IMG/VR virus record: IMGVR_UViG_3300032273_000002
Coordinates: 1 to 61,269 of that record
Origin: a virus
Lineage: Duplodnaviria; Caudoviricetes
DNA: 61,269 bases
Reading direction: 5' to 3' (one strand)
Both the position numbers and the translations under genes were made by a program. Positions 26,201 through 32,286 of this stretch are shown piece by piece. Positions within the stretch are counted from its first letter, which is position 1. Every line of letters starts with the position of its first letter. Below the pieces are notes generated by a model. It searched no databases. It had not been told where the DNA came from and saw nothing but the letters and a program-made list of their open reading frames with translations.

Positions 26201-28138
26201 GGGTTTGTTCAAACTAAAAACCCGCTCGCGAATGTTGAGCTTTTTCTTTCTCACCGCCGCAGGAATGCTTTCAGGCGTAGTGGTTGTCGAGGTGACGCCG
26301 GCGTTGATAACGACATACTTCGTGCCACCAATGACAATCGGCACCAACTCGATGTCGGCCAGATTCAATGCCACATCAATGGCCCGCATTAGTTCGATAT
26401 CTTGTACCGAGGCTGTGGGGTCCTGGCTGGGGTGATTGTGCGCCGCGTATACCCTGGCGGCCCCGGTGGACATCACGTAGCCAGCCATGGAAGCCACTTC
26501 CGCAGGAGCGGCTCGCGAGGTCCCTTTGACATACCGGTGGACTTCAAGGATCTTGCCCTTTTCGTTAACGGCAACCAAATACAAATTTTCCTGGGCATGT
26601 TTGCGGATATGCGCCATCAGGCTGGCGGCCTCTGCCGGTGTGCGGGCGTAGAGACTTTTCGCTTTAAGCGATCCGGTGGTCACCATCCGCGTGGTCGTGC
26701 TCGCCTGCAGGCCTTCGATATCGCTTTGCCTCGTCGGCTGTTTGAACGAAACGCTTTTCGCGGCCGCGGTTTCCGCCTCGCCTATCTTGGCAATCGGCTT
26801 CCAGGACTCGGGGCTGTAGATGTTGTCGGAATCAACCGCCTTGACCTCTGCAGGCTTGTAGCCCCTGCCGGCAACAACCTGGCCACCGGTGATGCGGCGC
26901 AGGACCTCGGCCCAAAACTCGTTTTTTTCATCTAAAGGATCAAGTGCCCGGTCGATTAGATACTCCAACGGATCGGCGCTGGTTCTTATCTCTTCAACCG
27001 AGACCTCGAGATCGCGTTTAATTTCGGACCTGACCTCCTTGAGCTTTTCATCGTAGCTCATCTCATCGACCGGCTTACGGCCCATCTGCCTGCGCAAAAC
27101 GGGCTCAAGGCCGTGTTCAGAGCCCTTATAAAACCGGTCGATGATTTTCTTTGCAACCGAGGGCACCGCCATTACATTCTCGAGCTCGCCGCGCACCTTT
27201 ACGCTGAAGGTTGCGACATCTTCCGGAAAACTCGCAGGCGGCTGACGTTCGCCTTTAGCGCCCGGGCGTGCGCCAAACGCCCCTCGATGCCTAACTCGTT
27301 GAGCCTCAGCTCCTTTAGGAGAGCGGATGCCCTGGCGCTCCCTTTCTTCCTTCTCATCTTGTAGTCTTTCGTCGGCTGTATTGTACTGGTCTCCGATGCC
27401 ATAGCTGACTCCTATGCCTGACACGCTTATGCGATCTCCCCGTTCATAGGCCGTGCCATCCTTTAATGTGCGGGGTTGGTTTATAGTGAATTCAACCCTG
27501 ATGTCATTTTCCGACTGCCCGCGGATCGTTTCCGCCACGGCTCTGGCGGAAGATTCCCCTTTGACCAACAAGCCTATTTCTTCACCGCCGAGCCGGTAGG
27601 CCGGCACCGGCTGCTCCTGCAAAATGGCGCCCACCTCGCGCAGGACCTTATCGCCCACCTGATGACCCAGGGCATCGTTAAACCAGGAGAAGTTGTCCAG
27701 ATCTACCATGATGACCAAGCGCCGGTCTTTGGGATCCAGCTGCTCATCCTTGGCGAGCTCCTCAAAAAAACCGGCCCGCGTGCCGATGCCCATCAGCTCG
27801 TCGGTGTAGAGCTTGTTGATCAGCTCGCGGATAATCTCTCTGGCCTCTTCGGGATCCTTGACCTTCGCGGCAATGCTCTCGTACATTTGCCTGGTCCGCG
27901 CAGAGCCGATGCGGCGCTCTTGCTCGGGCGCCTTTGCAACCGCAGCGTTAATCTGCCGCAGCACCTGGTTGTATTCACCCTCTTGCTCGGTTATCCATTC
28001 ATTGGCGACCGTGCTGTCGGCCTCACCCTGGCTCATCCCCTGGTCAACGACATACGCTTTTGCTCGCCTGGTAAGGTAAGCGGCCTCCGCCGGTGGTATC
28101 TTCAATGCCTTGAGGCAATACGCGAGTGATTTTCCCAT
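17237..28138 (-). CDS. 3633-aa large polyvalent (probable virion-ejected) protein: GGDEF, JAB/RadC x2, GP88-like, SAM-MTase, ART-PolyVal, EEIQSDW domain, LPD38-like C-terminus
   Basis: DLDNFSWFND..GHQVGD..RLGGEEI; HNHPSQDPTASVQD; CDPTEQCIVCYA..RLQGSGD; LDYGAG..SNVLNV; WFGDS..YHGT..GYDG..VVFEPTQIKS; FIEEIQSDW; DYG..VPFYSW. Confidence 0.9.
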   Translation of the reverse strand: MGKSLAYCLKALKIPPAEAAYLTRRAKAYVVDQGMSQGEADSTVANEWITEQEGEYNQVLRQINAAVAKAPEQERRIGSARTRQMYESIAAKVKDPEEAREIIRELINKLYTDELMGIGTRAGFFEELAKDEQLDPKDRRLVIMVDLDNFSWFNDALGHQVGDKVLREVGAILQEQPVPAYRLGGEEIGLLVKGESSARAVAETIRGQSENDIRVEFTINQPRTLKDGTAYERGDRISVSGIGVSYGIGDQYNTADERLQDEKEERERQGIRSPKGAEAQRVRHRGAFGARPGAKGERQPPASFPEDVATFSVKVRGELENVMAVPSVAKKIIDRFYKGSEHGLEPVLRRQMGRKPVDEMSYDEKLKEVRSEIKRDLEVSVEEIRTSADPLEYLIDRALDPLDEKNEFWAEVLRRITGGQVVAGRGYKPAEVKAVDSDNIYSPESWKPIAKIGEAETAAAKSVSFKQPTRQSDIEGLQASTTTRMVTTGSLKAKSLYARTPAEAASLMAHIRKHAQENLYLVAVNEKGKILEVHRYVKGTSRAAPAEVASMAGYVMSTGAARVYAAHNHPSQDPTASVQDIELMRAIDVALNLADIELVPIVIGGTKYVVINAGVTSTTTTPESIPAAVRKKKLNIRERVFSLNKPGPAVNNSQAAISVKKDLFGADAEGFLLLNAQNQVLGFYEYPKGLTVKQGAVEILKVLEKTSAQGMIFFIEAAPGPAGDKHLQKKINSRTDFIRGLRGALGSDVALHDYIASGISQRDQNALPDLWQFTVGGDYGKLNKDEVLLSTKKAAALKSVMEAKPSSEELDRRIEQGIDLMSVAEASNPQIFFDAKRRYAEKKWKDMPFHETRFFIVNNRLARELQIFEILFGPSERAIEVPGAGRKPARSIVPSDLLIDIYRVVESGEAHELLNEKYNLKEMAKARGLSFRSPGKDEAGNRIKSAGETFVKFGQFMRNGNLLVPVDEAGKPLLTENAKAIRSADFLLATCDPTEQCIVCYAASNMLRQDTINKAFRNQLAILMDPDKWAVRLADEARKMKRPELLFIRLQGSGDLTTIEQIKGYNKLAKVADRPIHIFSRHHEMLRELISTAAAPFLRMGSLDQMLYGVYGHDFLVENMHKHGISNAFLFTSLEEVATMEALQKDKALGLILAAEKELHYALENPKLREISCPCDAGERHFISSCRQCALSQRGCMTAFREFGVDTKGKLWSIKDPKLPKKISPILTFLSGADPMSLGEFIMKKHGPGTRSREEKLALVARAKRELGLDPNNIMLEPTIQGYLVSAIEIIRDSMKKLRKQMKAFKKGKKSDILLYDLREQSQGRTTDYEAAQEHYDFLQWVHDQAVMAHVYLRGGEIQAPIAIKAGQQLADGRLIGPEDAKLLQFSVKSRGNDAAYNNEDIRVANKSDKVASSERLTEAVPQAVAAIASSGDRILDYGAGKPNEDGQLPHLDQLRKLGAQVTAYDFGENLDPDAHDANALERKYDIVAASNVLNVQNSPSSFNTTMAQLVAATSRKGGRLVVNMPAASREGFLQRMSHKTALRLVRAQLREHFADVRQAEGKRDVLIASQKRQVPLSEKSSAARLRSNPVFAQWFGDSRVVDKKGNPRVVYHGTDSVDDFTRFRRSPRDIGIHFGTKEQANDRLAYKSRLDMSGVMGQRIYPVFLKIEKPLRVDDPGAWDVYNMPFILEKTKKFSERQIQELASYESQLMHIEEQMEGTGDDIDKDLEILQAEFTEEVIRLLESKGYDGLVYKNSGEIEGMAAIMAELDAVSPDNEERRSEIYARKKALEESDKVQDSYVVFEPTQIKSVFNRGTFNTTNADIMFSAKQAGWYSQMRNVLAKKLPNKSTRENMYKMIKAWAGKEFKAEELEWSSLPEELEKPTAAADPLFPGFKPKDAGGGKITKEEVLDIVDSGSLYLEEEVLSTADYTDLRRAVVDQLADDWDDFTSALLNNGTITRKKFDALQEQYDDAVHDYVNRNDDSLLDSLLADVDELYADRAEFPPTVREIYSLSYYKQNAEDEFDEGESSPQYADYQVHGGDRYTELIMSINPTLVSRTDKEWKEFNDLEYEIELAKELIRDIERDLREIAERDDTFTANITRHPSYEDEWVSEATRSPAAWREAAPLLAQKQKLEAGLEHNMAKIEGMPEYSGRQIGSFEPAAGYDHWSNRGLDTTNPILHVRFNERYDANGKRVLFIEEIQSDWHEQGHKHGYFDPEKMDLSDEEYVLKYYNENIYGTVSNTPFEALPEEKQDIYRQEALDQIAHEYYNQHIYGTVSNTPFEALPEAQKDIYRIEAIEAREGYDASAVPEAPWKGANTWMMLGFKRMVRWAAVHGFDRIAWTPGHIQAQRYRLGTYTDRVVVTKLDVDKYEVKVRTRQEGLWKDVGAFKGNELEGVIGKELTRKVFEDSEGTDWTFSGSDLHIGGAGMKIFYDKMLTNNVNRMFNKKSWGNAKVHRIVVSKSPKDSSAISYVPSHDQIVSQIEEVETGVFRVKESDDTDSPFYAGGYTSLIFDSYQDAYETVLHGFLEFEGYRDPLSVSAIDVTDKMRQKASEGMPLFSAKPSRLQPARVSALYREQLEAVATPEALEALSIRETGVPFYHEFLERHSDDDVPLRVLRRQYTDLYGAPEQFRIGDEVVAIGKRKFTPMFSAKKGIESNPQLRPVVDQYIQMLEATMPPEAGENDMAENVLDALDEKTRKRIEQPGGLKEPPVVERIRKLMTEAKNTFTRSYAELDPKNYGSVLNVLRLHQEVGENAARRAGSVITNILHGLKPKQYTAFRMALIMDDMIKDIDSGLLRPDAEKDERYPFGFKTEAEVRTYHKYVTDQANGDRLVASALARRDLFNRRLKQLLVKHHILDEKVLEDDRYFHHQVLKYRALTSEGDQYYLGAGLSQRRLEYRKKGWQLARTGSLADYNTDYAQAEYEVIAQAFLQLETLGSLNRIKNIADYTERAKELAKSHERETGEKREWKEFLPEGYVPWKPAIGSVWYKATTITDRMIDKIASGDIAIGEAKMREVWLKGKDPEWYIPNDLARTLDNYGKTVADNHWMAKWSAKFLGRWKQWTLINPMRVFKYNANNFSGDMDIAFAYDPRLQGAYFGAAMRDLVREYRSKGKVTWTEKALRAVKWGRPKAISDETIKELELARRLGVIGSGWSVQELSELSQSLTYEEALEAFSDPSMFQRIGRGLKHTFWTRPKNITALRENILRLAAWRFFKDQLAEGAAVYGASRRSEVDAIEDLDEKAAKLGRDLIGDYGNISDAGQWLRRHMVPFYSWLEVNAPRYVRLIANMKHEGKSTKLIPVALGKKATWKTAALGIKMVSFMALVNLWNMTFFSDEEKELPEQQRRQMHLILGRRSDGSIRTLRIQGAFSDALAWFGGEDLPQDVRDLAKGRTAPGEWITETAKAPVRKYFQGLRPGPKLLYTLASGQSFYPEGPFESRPVRDQVGEIFRLFSLERPYRIVSGKPRRGSTAAERLWFDITSMAVYNNDPGEMAYYQTISWTFEFMEKVDEGIGGSSYSPSDKSNAMYYYRQALKYGDLPSAERYLKKYVELGGTQKGMTQSIARAHPLNRVTSKYRNQFRGMLSPHQMQVLELAEQWYHRTYKSGLARELPWPKVEHKPKTLNEMRLGE
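21246..21447. repeat. 111-bp-period in-frame duplication within the polyvalent gene
   Basis: 48-bp identical core at 21274-21321 and 21385-21432; encodes YYNxxIYGTVSNTPFEALPE..DIYR twice. Confidence 0.92.
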
Positions 28139-28410
28139 TAATCAAGTGCTCCAGACTTGGCTATTGCTATCAGTATTTGGATGAATTCATCATCATCCTT
28201 GCGGATAAAATCTTGCCCAGCTCTCGTAAACTGCCAGCTGACATCCCGCTCGGTGGTCACCGCCCCGGCGTATCCACCACCACCGCCGGTAAGCGCTACC
28301 GCCGGGACCGAAACCGGCAGCTCTGCGTAGTTGCCCACACGGCCATAAAGCGGAAAACTGCCGATAGGCATTGCAAGCTGCGGGTGCTGTCCTGAGCTTA
28401 AAGGCGTCAT
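28138..28410 (-). CDS. Small structural-module protein (GGGGG linker, DDDE-hydrophobic C-terminus)
   Basis: 90 aa, translationally coupled on both sides. Confidence 0.65.
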   Translation of the reverse strand: MTPLSSGQHPQLAMPIGSFPLYGRVGNYAELPVSVPAVALTGGGGGYAGAVTTERDVSWQFTRAGQDFIRKDDDEFIQILIAIAKSGALD

Positions 28411-29696
28411 GCATTTAGCACTACGCTGGTGCGGTTGCCGTTATCATCAACGGTCATCACCACACGGTTGGTGTCATCGTTTGTGTTTCTGAAACTGATC
28501 GTCGATGTGCCCCCGCCGGCGGCCTTGCCGACCGCAGCGGCCAGAACTGACTGCAGCGCCTGGCGAACGGTGATGCCGGTCTCAAGCGCCTCGCCCATCA
28601 GCGCATCTTTAATGCTGACCGGATTTGTCAGGTAAACAGTGTTAACGCTGGCGGTGCCGGTCGTGTAGTCCTCCACAATACCGGTGCCGATGATGTTGAC
28701 AGTCCCTGCTGTAATGCTCGAGGCGAGCAGGATCCAGCCGGCATTAAGGCTGGCGTTCGCCTGGTCGCTCCCGCTTTTGTTTTCCCACTGGATGTACCCG
28801 TTGAAATTTTGCATGACCAGGGTTTGCCCGCTTCCCCCCAGGTCTATCCTTGGAGGGCTGCCCAAAAGACTTCCGGCCCAGCAGTCGAGAAAATACGCCG
28901 CCGCGCCCCCGCCAAGCGTTATTACGCCGTTCAGAATGCATAGCTCCACATACCCCGATATATAGGTTAAATCGCCGATCGCGCAGTTTTTCACCTTGGC
29001 GTTGCCGTCGAGCACGCCGGTGAGGGTACACTCGTAAAATTCGCAGTCCAGCACATCGGCGCCGGTCTCAACGGTGATTGTGCTTTTGCCGGCCGACTCT
29101 CCGATAAGCACCTTGTCTGCGACATCATCGCCGGTTGTCAGCGTCAAATCACCGACGATAAAAAACTGGGTCAGGCCTCTGACCCCAGCGATCAGGCTGG
29201 CATCGGTCATATTATTAGACGGCTGTTGCGGGGTGCCGATCGGAAAAACAGTGCCGCTTGCGGCCTTTCCCGATGCGTTGTCCACATCAACTGTGACCCC
29301 GCCGTTAAAGGACGAATATTCAATTTGGGCATTTGAGATCAGGCCGGCCGCGTTGTTGACGATCAGCGAGACCTGGTTGGCCACTTTCCGGTCGCTCAAG
29401 TTGTGATTGGCGCCGACACAGTTAACGGTGTACTGGCCGTCTTCGAATTCGACCGTATACGGGGCCAGGACCTCAACGATGCGAGCGTAGGTCAAGCCTG
29501 CAAGCGCCACCTCTGTATTGTGGCTATGGGTTTTGTACAGAAAAACGCCATAGTCCGGATCGTCCTCGAGGCTCTTGAGCTCAAGCCGAAATGCGTTCAC
29601 GTTGAGCTCTCTGACCTCCGGCGACGACTGGGTGAGCGTCATGTCCGCTTTCGGCACATAAATCACATATGTTAAGGGATTGATCGAGATCGCCAC
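28407..29696 (-). CDS. Putative virion fibre/spike protein (beta-helix-like)
   Basis: G/T/N/V-rich; C-terminal ITVRQAL...DDNGNRT domain. Confidence 0.7.
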   Translation of the reverse strand: MAISINPLTYVIYVPKADMTLTQSSPEVRELNVNAFRLELKSLEDDPDYGVFLYKTHSHNTEVALAGLTYARIVEVLAPYTVEFEDGQYTVNCVGANHNLSDRKVANQVSLIVNNAAGLISNAQIEYSSFNGGVTVDVDNASGKAASGTVFPIGTPQQPSNNMTDASLIAGVRGLTQFFIVGDLTLTTGDDVADKVLIGESAGKSTITVETGADVLDCEFYECTLTGVLDGNAKVKNCAIGDLTYISGYVELCILNGVITLGGGAAAYFLDCWAGSLLGSPPRIDLGGSGQTLVMQNFNGYIQWENKSGSDQANASLNAGWILLASSITAGTVNIIGTGIVEDYTTGTASVNTVYLTNPVSIKDALMGEALETGITVRQALQSVLAAAVGKAAGGGTSTISFRNTNDDTNRVVMTVDDNGNRTSVVLNA

Positions 29697-29698
29697 AA

Positions 29699-29977
29699 TT
29701 ATCCCTTTCCGTTGCTGTAGCTGGCAGTGCCCCGGGCATAAAACAGCTGCTGCAAGCTGGCCAACTGCTTTCGCATTTGTTGGAGCTGAGCGTCCTGAGC
29801 GATCACCTTGTTCTGCAGGGCATCATGCATTTGACGCAATTCCAGGAGCATCTTTCGGGTCTCGTTGGTAAAAGAGATGACCGTCTGCACGTTTCGCCGG
29901 GTCACCTCCTCGGCCGCTTTGACTTTTTCTACTTCTCCCGCCTGTATCTTTCGTTCAATATTATTCATCGGCCACAA
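29699..29977 (-). CDS. Small coiled-coil protein
   Basis: 92 aa with heptad pattern, inside the operon. Confidence 0.65.
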   Translation of the reverse strand: MWPMNNIERKIQAGEVEKVKAAEEVTRRNVQTVISFTNETRKMLLELRQMHDALQNKVIAQDAQLQQMRKQLASLQQLFYARGTASYSNGKG

Positions 29978-31841
29978 GCACAGCGGTCGCCGTTAGACCG
30001 TCAGCAGAATCGACGGCACCGGAGATCGCTCCTTCCTTGTAGTATGGGCTTGCAGAGCTCTTCCTGGCCCATCCGGTTATCGGTTGGTCGCTGGAATATA
30101 CCCTGCTTGTACTCTTCACGCCGTTGGAATCGGTCAAGCCGTACAGGGCGACAAAGGTCGAGGTGATCGTCCCGGTCGGGCTGGCACCTGGGGTGCTGCC
30201 CATGGTGTAGCTGTATTTGTTGGTTGGGTCGGCGCCATCTAACGTGATCTGAAACACACCCTCGTTGGCCGGCACGGTGCCGCCGTAGATTTGCACATAA
30301 TCGTTGGTGGCCATGCCGTGACCGGTGTGCGTTACTGTCGCCGTGGTGCCGCTGTTTGAGATCGTCACCGTGTCTTCGAATGGAAACGGGCCAGTGCCGT
30401 CTTTGGCTTGCACGTAGACCCGGGCGTTTTCGATAGCCACCCCGGCAGCGGTCGTCACGGTAGCCTTTACGGTTACCGGATCGTTGACGATGGTCACCGC
30501 GGCCCCGGCTGACTTGTAGGTCATGTTGCCCGAGCACCCCACACAGTTGATGGTGTAGCTGTTGCCGGTGTTGGAATCCGAGATATAAAATGTGGAGTTG
30601 GTCTGAGCGTTAGTGGCGGCGAAATCGCTTCCCACATCCAAGCCCCTGATCGTCATCGAGGCAGGGCAGGTCGAGCCAAACTCAATCGCATGGTGACTGT
30701 TGGTGCCCTCGGAGACCGTCAGGTTGTCCAGGTAGCCGTCAGGATCGACGTTGACATCCCAATCGATAGCGCTGGCATCGGCAGCCACTGTCGAGTTGAG
30801 CACATTGGATCCGTTGAGCTTGCCGCCTGCAACCGTCACCAAGCCGCAGCCATTCCATGTGCAGTTTAAAAACTCACTGGCAGATCCACCGAAAGTAAAA
30901 GTGGACATATCAAAGAACTGACAGCTATCAAGGTTCATATCGGCGTTGTTGTTCATCACCAGGCGGCCTGGGGATTGGGTGCCGAGAGCCTTAAAGATTA
31001 CATTGGTCCAGGTAACAACGGTGCTGGCGTTATTTACCTCTATCGTGTTGAAATTCGTTAAGCAGTTTATGGTATCGTCAACCAGGATAAAGACGTTCTC
31101 GTCTTCCATTTCAAGAGCATTGGAGGACGTCCCGAGCTGCATCCGGCCCTTCCATAAATACCCACCGCCGTATGCACTAAAAAGTCCCCAACGGTTATAC
31201 CCATCGGTGGCATCGTTGGCATCGTTTTTTGCAGCCGCATCGGCAAAGTTGGCATAGCCATCACCGGAGCTGCCATACTGAAAAATGATGCTGCCCCGGC
31301 CGTAACGAAAGCCGTCTATCTTGAAGGGTTGGCCTTTGGCCGGGCCGGCAGCGGTCACATCGATGGCCATGCCTGCGTATCGGTATGTGGTGCCAGTGCC
31401 AGTTCCATTGCGATACTCATAGGTGCGGACTGTGGGATGAATCGCATAATTCCACCAGCCGCCAGCAGGGTTCGGTGACTTATCAACACCGCCGGCTTTC
31501 CAGGCATCCCAGTTGGTGTACGATTGCCCTATGACCGCACGCACACCGCCATTGGTGTAGCTATCCAGGATGCCTCCCGCATCAAATTTGAACCACATAA
31601 AAATGGCGCCGTCTGTTGGGATAGTGACACCACTTCCAGCGTCCATGCCAAGAGATTGGAGCTCACCGACTTTTAATGAACAGGAGGCGCTGATGTGGTA
31701 GCTGCCTTGGATGATATCGTCTGAGTCTTGATAAGACTCAGGGCCACCGTCCTCCATATTGACGAATTCATCGCAATCGCCGGAGGCGCTTTCACACAAA
31801 TTGAAGGTGCTAAGATCAGTCGTGTATGTCGGAGCGGCCAT
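29961..31841 (-). CDS. Putative virion fibre/spike protein
   Basis: 626 aa, S/T/G/N-rich; beta-helix-like middle; ATVTHTGHGM and GWARKSS C-terminal motifs. Confidence 0.7.
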   Translation of the reverse strand: MAAPTYTTDLSTFNLCESASGDCDEFVNMEDGGPESYQDSDDIIQGSYHISASCSLKVGELQSLGMDAGSGVTIPTDGAIFMWFKFDAGGILDSYTNGGVRAVIGQSYTNWDAWKAGGVDKSPNPAGGWWNYAIHPTVRTYEYRNGTGTGTTYRYAGMAIDVTAAGPAKGQPFKIDGFRYGRGSIIFQYGSSGDGYANFADAAAKNDANDATDGYNRWGLFSAYGGGYLWKGRMQLGTSSNALEMEDENVFILVDDTINCLTNFNTIEVNNASTVVTWTNVIFKALGTQSPGRLVMNNNADMNLDSCQFFDMSTFTFGGSASEFLNCTWNGCGLVTVAGGKLNGSNVLNSTVAADASAIDWDVNVDPDGYLDNLTVSEGTNSHHAIEFGSTCPASMTIRGLDVGSDFAATNAQTNSTFYISDSNTGNSYTINCVGCSGNMTYKSAGAAVTIVNDPVTVKATVTTAAGVAIENARVYVQAKDGTGPFPFEDTVTISNSGTTATVTHTGHGMATNDYVQIYGGTVPANEGVFQITLDGADPTNKYSYTMGSTPGASPTGTITSTFVALYGLTDSNGVKSTSRVYSSDQPITGWARKSSASPYYKEGAISGAVDSADGLTATAVLVADE

Positions 31842-32286
31842 GTGTTTTCTCTTTCCACTCTATGACTTGTTGAATCTCTTCCATAATAGCCTGACGGCTC
31901 CAGCCCTTCGGGATAAACATTTCCGAATCATTTCTCGTTTTAAGCACCAGCGGGCGGCCCTTGCTGCGAAGAATTGAGATAACCCTCAATATCCTTTTAT
32001 GCTTCCAGGCATCCGGCCTGGAGGCCTCAACGGATATCAGAATTGTTTCGACGCCTGGCAGGGCCTCAAACATAACCTTGCACCGGCTTGGTTGCAGAGG
32101 ATCCGGCCAGCTCTCAGCTCTCCAAAAGCAGTTAAACCCCAGGCAAACCTCCGGCCTGTGGTCGTGAATCGTGCAGCCACCGCCAGATGTGCCTGGCCTG
32201 CAGTGAGGACACCACTGTCCTGCAGCCGCAAGGCCAGGGACATCGAGCAGTTTGCAACACAGCGAACAGGCTCCGCAGTCATTCAT
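31816..32286 (-). CDS. YkgJ/CxxCxxCC-family metal-cluster protein
   Basis: CGACSLCC...CPHC...CTIHDHRPEVCLGFNCFW. Confidence 0.85.
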   Translation of the reverse strand: MNDCGACSLCCKLLDVPGLAAAGQWCPHCRPGTSGGGCTIHDHRPEVCLGFNCFWRAESWPDPLQPSRCKVMFEALPGVETILISVEASRPDAWKHKRILRVISILRSKGRPLVLKTRNDSEMFIPKGWSRQAIMEEIQQVIEWKEKTHGRSDIHD

